Below the pieces are notes generated by a model, which was not told the origin of the DNA, did not search any database, and saw nothing but the letters and a program-made list of their open reading frames with translations. Both the position numbers and the translations under genes were made by a program. 64,000 bases of DNA from an uncultured Lachnospiraceae bacterium (lineage in GTDB: Bacteria > Bacillota > Clostridia > Oscillospirales > CAG-272). The DNA is taken from the NCBI GenBank assembly GCA_964416635.1, contig CAYQEY010000001.1:12871-76870 (forward strand), given 5' to 3'. Of this stretch, positions 38,378-47,476 are shown piece by piece. How positions within the stretch are numbered: position 1 is the first letter of the stretch; each line of letters starts with the position of its first letter.

Positions 38378-38962
38378 ATGACCAATAAGGAAAAATTTAT
38401 AGAGATATACAACGCATGCATAACGCGCGAGGGTGCGGATAAATTTCTTGAATATCTTTGCGAAAAGACCGATTTCTTTTCCGCCCCTGCAAGTACGCGC
38501 TTTCACGGCGCATACGAGGGTGGCTTGCTCGAGCACAGTCTGAACGTATACGAGTGCCTTTGCGATTACGTAAAACATTCAAGATTTTGCGAGAAGCACG
38601 GCTTTTCGTTCAGCGAGGAGTCCATGGCTATCGTGGCTTTGCTTCACGACGTCTGCAAGACGAATTTTTATAAGACCGAGATGCGCAACGTGAAAAAGAA
38701 CGGCGTATGGGAGAGCGTGCCATATTATACCATAGAGGACAATCTTCCTTACGGACACGGTGAAAAGTCTGTCTATATAATTTCGGGTTTTATGCGCCTG
38801 ACACGCGATGAGGCGTTCGCCATCCGATATCACATGGGATTTTCGGGCACCGAGGATGCTAATCAGGTCGGCAGAGCCCTTGAGATGTTCCCGCTTGCCT
38901 TTGCGCTTTGTATGGCAGATATGGAAGCATCTTTTTACATAGAGGGAAGTCCTCAAAAATAA
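38378..38962 (+). CDS. HD-domain phosphohydrolase
   Basis: FHGAYEGGLLEHS and ALLHDVCK (H...HD) motifs. Confidence 0.7.
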   Translation: MTNKEKFIEIYNACITREGADKFLEYLCEKTDFFSAPASTRFHGAYEGGLLEHSLNVYECLCDYVKHSRFCEKHGFSFSEESMAIVALLHDVCKTNFYKTEMRNVKKNGVWESVPYYTIEDNLPYGHGEKSVYIISGFMRLTRDEAFAIRYHMGFSGTEDANQVGRALEMFPLAFALCMADMEASFYIEGSPQK

Positions 38963-38981
38963 GATATCAAGGAGCAGATTT

Positions 38982-39710
38982 ATGAGCAAGATCTCTTATC
39001 CCACACCGCATATAGATTCTACCCCCGATAAGATAGCCAGGACCGTGCTTATGCCAGGAGACCCCAAGCGAGCCGAGTATACGGCAAATAAGTTTTTGGA
39101 GAATGCCGTACTGTTCAATGATGTGCGCGGAGTCCGCGGATATACGGGTATGTGGAAGGGCGTTCCGGTATCGGTAATGGCAAGCGGAATGGGTATGCCG
39201 TCGATCGGTATATACAGTTATGAGCTTTATAACGCATTCGGAGTTGAAAACATAATCAGAATAGGCTCGGCAGGCTCTATGTGCGAGGACGTAAAGGTTC
39301 GCGATATAGTTATTGGTATGGGTGCGTGTACAGACTCGTCATACGGTTGCCGATTCGGACTTGACGGTATCTTTGCTCCTATCTGCGATTATTCGCTTTT
39401 GGAAAAGACAGTGGAGATAAGTCGCCAAAAGAAGCTTAACATTCACGTTGGAAATCTTCTTTCTTCCGATTTCTTCTACGACGACGATCCCGAACGTAAG
39501 ACTGCTTGGAAAAAGATGGGTGTACTTGCGGTCGAGATGGAAGCGGCGGCTCTCTATATAAACGCGGCCAGGGCGGGCAAGCGAGCACTCGCCATTTGCA
39601 CGGTATCCGACTCGGACACTTATGGCGATATGCTTTCCGCAGAGGAGAGAGAAACCACCTTCGACGAGATGATAGAGCTTGCGCTTGATGTAGCTATCGC
39701 TTGTAACTGA
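38982..39710 (+). CDS. deoD: Purine nucleoside phosphorylase, DeoD type
   Basis: MPGDPKRAEY...SVMASGMGMPSIGIYSYEL...VEMEAAALY. Confidence 0.9.
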   Translation: MSKISYPTPHIDSTPDKIARTVLMPGDPKRAEYTANKFLENAVLFNDVRGVRGYTGMWKGVPVSVMASGMGMPSIGIYSYELYNAFGVENIIRIGSAGSMCEDVKVRDIVIGMGACTDSSYGCRFGLDGIFAPICDYSLLEKTVEISRQKKLNIHVGNLLSSDFFYDDDPERKTAWKKMGVLAVEMEAAALYINAARAGKRALAICTVSDSDTYGDMLSAEERETTFDEMIELALDVAIACN

Positions 39711-39715
39711 CGGCT

Positions 39716-40885
39716 ATGAGAGCAAAAAGAGTTTTTTTGACGGTGCTTGACAGCGTGGGCGCGGGAGCGATGCCCGACGCCGCCCACTTTGGCGATGACG
39801 GCTCAAATACGCTGAGAAGCGTTTGGCAAACCGGCAATCTTGATGTTGGAAATCTCAAACGCTTGGGCATTGGAAATATTGAAGGCCTTGATTTTCTCGG
39901 CAGGACCGATGCGCCCATGGCGGCAGTTGCGCGAATGTGTGAGAGATCGCTCGGCAAGGATACTACCGTGGGACATTGGGAGATAGCGGGAGTCATTTCA
40001 AATTCGCCTCTGCCTACGTTTCCCGATGGGTTCGGTGATGATATTCTTCAAACGGTGAAAAAAATATCGGGCAGAGAGCTGCTTTGCAACCGCCCGTATT
40101 CGGGAACTGCCGTTATAGAGGATTACGGTAGAGAGGCAAAAGAAAAAAATGCAATAATAATCTATACCTCTGCGGACAGCGTTCTTCAGCTTGCCGCACA
40201 GGTCAACGGTGTTATGGAGCTCGGTGAGCTTTACTGCGTCTGCGAAGAGCTTCGTGCCGAGCTCGCAGGAGAGCAAAACGGAGTAGGACGAATAATAGCG
40301 CGTCCGTATATCGAGGATGGGTGCGGCAGATTCAGACGAACCGCCGACAGGCGCGACTATTCGCTTGCGCCGCCGAGAACAGTGCTTCCCGAGGCTGTAA
40401 AGGCGGCGGGAAAGGACTCGATAGCCGTCGGTAAGATAAGTGATATTTTTGCAGGTGTCGGATTTACAGAGACGGCACGAACACACTCCAACCGAGAGGG
40501 TATGGAGCTGACAGAGGCATATATGTACAGGGATTTTGGGGGGCTGTGCTTTACGAATCTTGTGGATTTCGATATGCTTTGGGGGCATCGCCGCGATGCA
40601 GACGGATACGCGCGCGGACTTTCGGATTTTGATGAATGGCTTGGCAGAGTTTTGCCGAAACTTCGCGATGATGACGTCCTGATGATCACCGCAGATCACG
40701 GATGCGATCCATGCTATACAAGAACTACCGACCATACCAGAGAATACACCCCGCTCATCGTGTACGGCAAGCAGATAGCTCCGGTAAATTTCGGTACGCG
40801 CGACAGCTTTGCCGATATAGCGGCAACTGTTGCAAAGATGCTCGGAGTGAATTTTGACACACCGGGAAAGGCGCTTGAGCTTTAA
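39716..40885 (+). CDS. deoB: Phosphopentomutase
   Basis: LDSVGAGAMPDA...GHWEIAG...ITADHGCDP. Confidence 0.9.
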   Translation: MRAKRVFLTVLDSVGAGAMPDAAHFGDDGSNTLRSVWQTGNLDVGNLKRLGIGNIEGLDFLGRTDAPMAAVARMCERSLGKDTTVGHWEIAGVISNSPLPTFPDGFGDDILQTVKKISGRELLCNRPYSGTAVIEDYGREAKEKNAIIIYTSADSVLQLAAQVNGVMELGELYCVCEELRAELAGEQNGVGRIIARPYIEDGCGRFRRTADRRDYSLAPPRTVLPEAVKAAGKDSIAVGKISDIFAGVGFTETARTHSNREGMELTEAYMYRDFGGLCFTNLVDFDMLWGHRRDADGYARGLSDFDEWLGRVLPKLRDDDVLMITADHGCDPCYTRTTDHTREYTPLIVYGKQIAPVNFGTRDSFADIAATVAKMLGVNFDTPGKALEL

Positions 40886-40901
40886 AATTTTTGAGGTGCT
40901 T

Positions 40902-41336
40902 ATGAAAACAGATGTAAAAGAGCTTATGATGGCGGCGGAGATGGCAAGAAAGGCATCTTACTCTCCCTATTCCGAGTTTTCCGTCGGAGCGGCTTTGCTC
41001 TGCTCCGACGGAAAAATATACGAGGGGTGCAATATTGAAAACGCTTCTTTCACTCCCACCTGCTGTGCCGAGCGCGTGGCGGTCTTTAAGGCGGTGTCTG
41101 AAGGCAGACGCGATTTTGAGGCTTTGGCGATAGTGGGAGGTAAGAAAAACGCGAGCGAGCGCGGATTTTGCTATCCGTGCGGCGTTTGCAGGCAGGTACT
41201 CGCTGAGTTTTGCGACAGCGAGTTTCGCATATTTTCAGGTAACGGAAACAAAGAGGTGCTTGAGCTTACGCTCGGAGAGTTGCTTCCGTATACATTCAAT
41301 TTGAAAACGGATGGAGAAAATGAAGGATCAAACTAA
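40902..41336 (+). CDS. cdd: Cytidine deaminase
   Basis: CAERVAVFKAV and PCGVCRQVL zinc motifs. ATG at 40902. Confidence 0.9.
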   Translation: MKTDVKELMMAAEMARKASYSPYSEFSVGAALLCSDGKIYEGCNIENASFTPTCCAERVAVFKAVSEGRRDFEALAIVGGKKNASERGFCYPCGVCRQVLAEFCDSEFRIFSGNGNKEVLELTLGELLPYTFNLKTDGENEGSN

Positions 41337-42093
41337 AAAAAAGCTGATATATATTCGTTATATATTGCCGCCGATACTCATATTTCTTTTGGCGGTAATT
41401 GCTTTTATTCCGGCATACAGATATGCCGAATCGGGAGCGGCAAGAGAGCCGATATCCCTTGCGGCGCTTATCGCAAATTCATTTGATTACGGGCGTACCG
41501 TGCTTTTTGCTACGGCGAATCCAACCGTGGGCGAGACGGCATTCTCAAAAATTTTGCTGACTCTTGCTATAGTATTCATTTGTCTGTATCTGGTCGCACT
41601 TGTAGTCGCCATATGGTCATGCGCGGTCGCTCTTAAGCTCTTCATGTCCGACGATGAGGAGGGAGCGGAGCGCTCAAGAACTCTTTTCATAACCTTTTTT
41701 CAAAACAGAATCGTACTTACTGCGGCAGAAGCTCTGGTGCTTCCGCTGATGACCTTTGCGTATCTTATGCCGGCTGTGTATTCGCATACACTGGGGCTTA
41801 AGGTGAGCCTTGATCTCTCCGCACCCGACGGATTGATATTCGGTGTGATCTTTATGGTCACCACAGGTATTCTGTCGGCTGTAACGGCACATTACGAGCG
41901 CAGATTCGATGCGGATGTTTTCAAAAAGCGCCGACCGTTCGGCGTGAGTGATCGGCAGGAAGATGAGAGGGAAGAATATGAATCGCTCTTTGATACGAGC
42001 GAAGATGACGAGGTCAGCAGCGAGCTTCGCAAAGAGCAGGCAGAGCGTATACGCATACTCTTGAATAAGAAAGACGAAGAAAACGATAAGTAG
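41311..42093 (+). CDS. Hypothetical membrane protein with an acidic C-terminal tail
   Basis: Four or five TM helices, then an E/D-rich tail. No motif recognised. Confidence 0.45.
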   Translation: MEKMKDQTKKKLIYIRYILPPILIFLLAVIAFIPAYRYAESGAAREPISLAALIANSFDYGRTVLFATANPTVGETAFSKILLTLAIVFICLYLVALVVAIWSCAVALKLFMSDDEEGAERSRTLFITFFQNRIVLTAAEALVLPLMTFAYLMPAVYSHTLGLKVSLDLSAPDGLIFGVIFMVTTGILSAVTAHYERRFDADVFKKRRPFGVSDRQEDEREEYESLFDTSEDDEVSSELRKEQAERIRILLNKKDEENDK

Positions 42094-42115
42094 ATAATAA
42101 CAGAAGGAAATCATA

Positions 42116-44569
42116 ATGGCAGAAATTACACAATTAGGCGAGCGCTATCTTTGCGCAAAGCGCAGATTGTTTGATATTTATTATTCGGAGCTGAATCCGC
42201 CTCAGCGCGAGGCGGTATTTACCGCAAACGGCTCCTTGCTCGTGCTTGCGGGAGCGGGAAGCGGAAAAACCACGGTGCTTGTAAAGAGAATAGTTTTTCT
42301 TGTCAAATACGGAAATGCGTATTTTAGCGACTATATACCGCACAATCTTACCGAGGCACACGTATCCGAGTTAGAGCGTGCGGCGGGCGCCCCGCGAGAG
42401 ACCATAGAGGAGATACTGCCTGAGTTTATATCGGCACCATGTGCTCCGTGGCAGATGCTTGCCATTACCTTTACAAATAAGGCGGCAAATGAGATCAAGA
42501 ATCGGCTTTGCTCTGCTATGGGTGATGACGAAAGTGCAAAGAGCATATGGTCCGGTACATTTCACTCGGTATGTATGAGAATACTTCGAAGCTACGGAGA
42601 GCTGATGGGATATTCTCAGGGCTTTGCAATATATGATGCAAACGACACCAAGAGTGCAGTTGCCTCGGTGATGAAAAGTCTGAATATCGATGAAAAGGCC
42701 CTTCCGATAAAGTCGGTCATAAGCGAGATAAGCCGAGCAAAGGACAACCTTCTCACACCCGAGGATTACGAGCTTGAATATGAGGCGCACGATTTTCGCC
42801 GTAAGCAGATAGCAAAAGTTTACAGGGCTTACCAAGCGCATCTTAAAAATTCAAACGCGCTTGATTTTGACGATATCATAATGCAAACGGTATTCCTGCT
42901 TCGCGACCACAAGGACGTGCGCGAATATTATCAGAATAAATTCAGGTATGTATCTGTCGACGAGTTTCAGGATACCAACCACGCACAGTTTACCCTGACG
43001 GCACTCCTGTGCGGCGGGCATAAAAATATTATGGTAGTAGGTGATGATGACCAGAGTATTTACCGTTTCCGCGGAGCTGTGATAGACAACATACTCGGTT
43101 TCGACCGCAAATATAAAAATACGAGGGTAATAAAGCTTGAACAGAATTATCGCTCTACCTCTGTCATACTCGACGCTGCAAACGCAGTCATCGCAAAGAA
43201 TCAGGGGAGAAAGGGAAAAAATCTTTGGACCGACCGCAAGGACGGCTCAAAGATAAGTCTTAAGCTTTGTGATGAGCAAAATTCCGAGGCGAGATACATA
43301 ATTGAGAAGATATCCGCGCTTGTTGCGGCGAAAAAATACAGTTTTCGGGATTGTGCGATACTGTACAGGACCAACGCGCAGTCCAACATAATCGAGCGAA
43401 GCTTTGCCAAGAGCGGAATACCGTACAGAATGCTCGGAGGTCTGCGTTTTAACGACCGAAAAGAAATACGCGACATCGTGGCGTATCTGCAGTTTATCGT
43501 GAATCCTGCCGACAGCGAGCGAATGAAGCGAATAATCAATGAACCGAAGCGCGGAATAGGAAATACCACTGTTGAGGGAATATTGGCAATAGCGCGCGAG
43601 GAGGAGACAGGCGTATTTGAGGTCATGCAGAACGCCGACAACTACACAGCACTTTCGAGAAGTGCATCAAAGCTGAAGGTCTTTGCCGGTATTATATCCT
43701 CTTTGCGTGCACTTCTCGACACCGACATCTCTCTTGAAGCCTTCGTAAATCAGGTGCTCGACCGAAGCGGATACAGGCAGATGCTTATAGACGCAGGGGA
43801 AGAAGATAAGGAGAGACTTGAAAATATCGAAGAGTTCATTTCGGGCGTGATAGAATACGAAAAGGCTATGAAAAACGAGGAACAAGAGCCGACACTTATC
43901 GGATTTCTCGAGGAAAACGCGCTGGTTTCCGATGTCGACAGGTACGACGAAACGGCAGACGCCGTCGTCATGATGACCGTACACTCGGCAAAGGGACTTG
44001 AATTTCCCGTAGTATTCCTACCCGGTATGGAGGACGGACTTTTCCCGGGTATGCAGGCAGTGCTCGGCGACGCCTCCGAGCTTGAGGAAGAACGCAGACT
44101 CGCTTACGTTGCGTTGACGCGCGCCAAGGATATGATATTTATAACTCATACGAAAAACAGAATGCTTTACGGTCGCACGTCGTACAATCCAATATCACGA
44201 TTTGTTGAGGAGATACCTGCCGAGCTTATCGACGAAGAGCTCGCTTATACTCCGAGAAGCGATTTTTCAAGAGCGGGCGGTTATTATTCCGATTCACCGA
44301 GATCTTATATAACCGATTCGCGTATTACTATGTCAGATACCCGAGCGCACACGGCAAATGATTACTTCGGCTCTGACACCCGAAAGAGCGCACCAAAGCC
44401 CGCACTTGATTTCAAGGAGGGCGACAGAGTTTATCATATGACCTTCGGACCGGGAGAGATACTGTCGGCAAATCCGATGGGTGCGGACGTGCTTTATGAG
44501 GTAATATTCGATAAAGTCGGAACCAAGAAGCTGATGGGGACGTACGCAAGGCTGAAAAAGCTCTTATAA
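42116..44569 (+). CDS. pcrA: ATP-dependent DNA helicase PcrA/UvrD
   Basis: AGAGSGKTTVLVKR, VDEFQDTN, VMMTVHSAKGLEF, YVALTRAKD. Confidence 0.9.
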   Translation: MAEITQLGERYLCAKRRLFDIYYSELNPPQREAVFTANGSLLVLAGAGSGKTTVLVKRIVFLVKYGNAYFSDYIPHNLTEAHVSELERAAGAPRETIEEILPEFISAPCAPWQMLAITFTNKAANEIKNRLCSAMGDDESAKSIWSGTFHSVCMRILRSYGELMGYSQGFAIYDANDTKSAVASVMKSLNIDEKALPIKSVISEISRAKDNLLTPEDYELEYEAHDFRRKQIAKVYRAYQAHLKNSNALDFDDIIMQTVFLLRDHKDVREYYQNKFRYVSVDEFQDTNHAQFTLTALLCGGHKNIMVVGDDDQSIYRFRGAVIDNILGFDRKYKNTRVIKLEQNYRSTSVILDAANAVIAKNQGRKGKNLWTDRKDGSKISLKLCDEQNSEARYIIEKISALVAAKKYSFRDCAILYRTNAQSNIIERSFAKSGIPYRMLGGLRFNDRKEIRDIVAYLQFIVNPADSERMKRIINEPKRGIGNTTVEGILAIAREEETGVFEVMQNADNYTALSRSASKLKVFAGIISSLRALLDTDISLEAFVNQVLDRSGYRQMLIDAGEEDKERLENIEEFISGVIEYEKAMKNEEQEPTLIGFLEENALVSDVDRYDETADAVVMMTVHSAKGLEFPVVFLPGMEDGLFPGMQAVLGDASELEEERRLAYVALTRAKDMIFITHTKNRMLYGRTSYNPISRFVEEIPAELIDEELAYTPRSDFSRAGGYYSDSPRSYITDSRITMSDTRAHTANDYFGSDTRKSAPKPALDFKEGDRVYHMTFGPGEILSANPMGADVLYEVIFDKVGTKKLMGTYARLKKLL

Positions 44570-44666
44570 ATCGAGTGGGAGGCTCCCCATTAGTTGAGTA
44601 GCCGACCTCTCACACCGCCGTGCGTACAAAAGAGTTGACCGGAGGACAGCATCTGCATAATTTGCG

Positions 44667-44843
44667 GCGTATCTTTTAAAATACGCACTCACTCACCACT
44701 GTATACCGTGGTGTAACATCCGGCATATGGCAATAACAAATAGGTAAAGAAACAGACCACTGCAAATCCTATCTCTTGCTTGAGATGGACCTTGTCAGTG
44801 GTCTGAATGCTTTCTTTGCCGGAAAGCCTTGATTTTTATTTTG
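44667..44843 (+). ncRNA. Candidate small RNA (four hairpins, the last a terminator)
   Basis: Possible promoter TTGACC (44635-44640) with TGCATAAT (44654-44661). Hairpins GCGTAT/ATACGC (44667-44686), CACCAC/GTGGTG (44694-44713), CAGACCACTG/CAGTGGTCTG (44753-44805) and GCTTTC/GAAAGC (44809-44827), then CTTGATTTTTATTTTG. Confidence 0.25.
44740..44805 (-). terminator. Probable terminator of the ANTAR/GS/GOGAT operon
   Basis: The same 10-bp-ended hairpin (44753-44805), read on the minus strand, is followed by TTTCTTTACCTATTTG. Confidence 0.5.
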
Positions 44844-44894
44844 TCCTTTTCGCAGTTCCGGCATGATCACTTTGTAATGTAAAAATTCGTAATG

Positions 44895-45479
44895 TTACGA
44901 ATAGATCTTAATGATCTCTTCCGCCATTTCACGCTTGGAAATGCAACGGTCCATTGCTTGCTTTTCTATGTACCGGTGTGCATCCGTCTCGGTCATCTTG
45001 AGATGCTCTATAAGGATCCATTTCGCATGGTTGACGATACGGATCTCCTGCATCTTCTCTTCCGTAGACATAGTCTTTTTCTCGAATTTTTTTAGGCGCT
45101 CTCTTGTCGCGATCATCCAATCGATCGCCTGTGATATGATGGGCTTTGAAGTCGGCTTCGAGAGTACGTATACACCGTATTCGGCAACCTTGTTATACAT
45201 TGCGGAATAAAGGTCCGAGCGCACCATCAAAAGAGCCACCGAGGTCTTCAGACCCGAAAGGTCGATCGCAAATCTGGCGCCCGAATCGTCGGGAAGGGGA
45301 GAGTTGATAACGATAAAGTCATAGTCTCGTTCCGCCATGGCACGCCTCGCGGAATTTACGCTCGTTTCGATACGGATCGGGTCAAATTTATATTCGGGGA
45401 GTAATGGTATAAGTGCTGAATTGAAAGCGTCTGAGGCAGATACGACCAAAACGCTGTATGTTTGTTCCTCTATGTTCAC
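44895..45479 (-). CDS. ANTAR-domain RNA-binding antiterminator with a pseudo-receiver domain
   Basis: C-terminal ANTAR helices (IVNHAKWILIEHLKMTETDAHRYIEKQAMDRCISKREMAEEII). The N-terminal REC-like fold has N59 where the phospho-Asp should be (DFIVINSPLP) and SASD instead of the DD pocket. GTG start after AAGGAGGG. Confidence 0.85.
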   Translation of the reverse strand: MNIEEQTYSVLVVSASDAFNSALIPLLPEYKFDPIRIETSVNSARRAMAERDYDFIVINSPLPDDSGARFAIDLSGLKTSVALLMVRSDLYSAMYNKVAEYGVYVLSKPTSKPIISQAIDWMIATRERLKKFEKKTMSTEEKMQEIRIVNHAKWILIEHLKMTETDAHRYIEKQAMDRCISKREMAEEIIKIYS

Positions 45480-45516
45480 ACTACTCCCTCCTTTGCCTGA
45501 AATTGTTTATACGGTA

Positions 45517-46734
45517 TCAGCCGAGTTTTTGACTGTAAAGCTCTATGATCTGATTGGGCAGATATTTTTTAATGAAGTCGCTCTTCTTCATAACAGAGAT
45601 AGCTTCATCGAGAGAAGAGGGAAGCATCTTGAATTTAGCGAGAGTTTCCTTGTCCGACTTGAAAAAGTTGATATCAGCCGCAGGAGGTGGAGTCAGCTTA
45701 TTGAGAATACCGTACATTCCCGCATAGATCAGCAGAGCAAAGGCAAGATAGGGATTTGCCGTGGGGTCGGGAGAACGAAGCTCAACACGCTTTTGCTCGT
45801 AGACTGCGGCAGGTACGCGAAGAAGCTGAGAACGGTTTTCCTCAGACCAGGAAATATAAGACGGAGCTTTATTCGAGCCGAAACGCGCATATGACGCCTC
45901 GGTCGGATTGAAAAAGGCGGTCATCTCGGGAACGAAACGGAGAATACCTGCAATAATATAATGCAGGAGTTCCTCGTTTGTATCGCTGCGTGCCGAAATA
46001 TTTATATGGAATCCGTTTCCCGCTTTATTCTTGAGTGGCTTGGGCGAGAAATCCGCCCAAAGACCGTTTCTGCCGGAAACGGTCTTCACTACAGTCTCAA
46101 AAGTCTGAGTATTGTCGGCGGCTGAGAGTGCATCGGAGTAACGAAAGTCTATCTCGTTTTGTCCGGGTCCTTCCTCATGATGAGAACTTTCCGGACGTAT
46201 GCCCATCTGCTCAAGCGTCAGACAGATCTCTCGGCGAACATTCTCGCCCCTGTCCTCGGGAGCAATATCCATATATCTCGCCTCATCATAGGGAATAAGA
46301 GTTTTGTTTCCGACCTCATCCATTTTGAAAAGATAAAATTCAAGTTCCGGTCCGAAATCAAACGTAATACCCTCAGCTTTGGCATAGTTGATCGCTTTTA
46401 TCAGAATACTTCTTGTGTCGCCGTCAAACACACGTCCGTCGGGATGTGAGATCGTGCAGAACATACGCACGACACGTCCGTGCTCCGGGCGCCAGGGAAG
46501 AACCGTGAGTGTGGACGGATCGGGATGCAGTATCAAGTCGGAGTGAGTTTCGTCCCCAAAGCCTCGGATTGCGGATGCATCGAACGCGATACCATCCTTG
46601 AAGGCACGAGGAAGCTCACTCGGCATAATTGAGATATTTTTTTGTTTGCCGTAGATATCGCAAAACGCAAGACGGATAAACTTAACGTCTTCCTCCTTGA
46701 CATATTGCAGTACTTCCTCTGCTGAATACTTCAT
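45517..46734 (-). CDS. glnA: Compact glutamine synthetase-family ligase (type I-like, 405 aa)
   Basis: GPELEFYLF, HHEEGPGQNEIDF, NGFHINIS, NPTEASYARF, NRSQLLRVP, ELRSPDPTANPYLAF. Confidence 0.85.
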   Translation of the reverse strand: MKYSAEEVLQYVKEEDVKFIRLAFCDIYGKQKNISIMPSELPRAFKDGIAFDASAIRGFGDETHSDLILHPDPSTLTVLPWRPEHGRVVRMFCTISHPDGRVFDGDTRSILIKAINYAKAEGITFDFGPELEFYLFKMDEVGNKTLIPYDEARYMDIAPEDRGENVRREICLTLEQMGIRPESSHHEEGPGQNEIDFRYSDALSAADNTQTFETVVKTVSGRNGLWADFSPKPLKNKAGNGFHINISARSDTNEELLHYIIAGILRFVPEMTAFFNPTEASYARFGSNKAPSYISWSEENRSQLLRVPAAVYEQKRVELRSPDPTANPYLAFALLIYAGMYGILNKLTPPPAADINFFKSDKETLAKFKMLPSSLDEAISVMKKSDFIKKYLPNQIIELYSQKLG

Positions 46735-46753
46735 GATCCTACCTCTCTTTAAG

Positions 46754-47476
46754 TTAATTTGCTACGTACATTTGTTTATATGGATTTTTTGTATCGGGTG
46801 TTACCACCGTAAACTGTGAGCTTGAAATTTCACTTTCCCGACAACCGAACAGCGCACAGTATTCGGCGACGTATTCCTTGATCGCCTTCATATCTTCGGC
46901 GTCTGCCGGTCTTGTGCGGACCTGACTCGGAAAACGTATGTCCTTACAGTCGGAACGAAGTATCATTTTTCCGCCGTGCATTCCCGTGCAGGGGAAATTG
47001 CTGACGATTGGCTTGTCGTCGTCTGTAAGACCGAGCACGACGATAACGCCGCCTGCCTGATACTCTCCGAGGAAGCTGCCTGCCTTACCGCCGATGACGA
47101 TCACGGGGATCTTATCTTTATATTCCTTCATGTGAATACCTGCGCGGTACCCGGCATTTCCTTTTACGTAGATCCTGCCGCCTCTCATCGCGTATCCTGC
47201 GGCGTCGCCGATGTTTCCTTCAATTACGATTGAGCCCTCATTCATCGTATCTCCTACGGCGTCCTGCGCGTTTCCCTTGACGCAGATCTTTGCGCCGTTG
47301 AGATAAGCACCGAGCGCGTTTCCCGGAGTACCGCTGATAGTGATGCTTTTGTTCGACATACCGGCGGCAATGAAACGCTGACCGAGGCAATTTGTTATTT
47401 CGAATTCAGTTGCGTCTTTTCTGAGAGCCTCATTCAATGCAGCATAATCAAGCTCTTTTGCATCTATATGTACCAT
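46754..47476 (-). CDS. Glutamate synthase GXGXG-domain subunit (GltB domain 3-like)
   Basis: Repeated GxxGxxxG beta-helix motifs: GTPGNALGAYLNGAKICVKGNAQDAVGDTMNEGSIVIEGNIGDAAGYAMRGGRIYVKGNAGYRAG. Confidence 0.85.
   Translation of the reverse strand: MVHIDAKELDYAALNEALRKDATEFEITNCLGQRFIAAGMSNKSITISGTPGNALGAYLNGAKICVKGNAQDAVGDTMNEGSIVIEGNIGDAAGYAMRGGRIYVKGNAGYRAGIHMKEYKDKIPVIVIGGKAGSFLGEYQAGGVIVVLGLTDDDKPIVSNFPCTGMHGGKMILRSDCKDIRFPSQVRTRPADAEDMKAIKEYVAEYCALFGCRESEISSSQFTVVTPDTKNPYKQMYVAN

Noticed and set aside
44570-44640. GTGCG and neighbouring sequence after pcrA as a group II intron or IS end fragment.
   Set aside because: There is no domain V-like hairpin, no RT or transposase ORF, and no terminal inverted repeat. 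The resemblance is limited to 5 nt.
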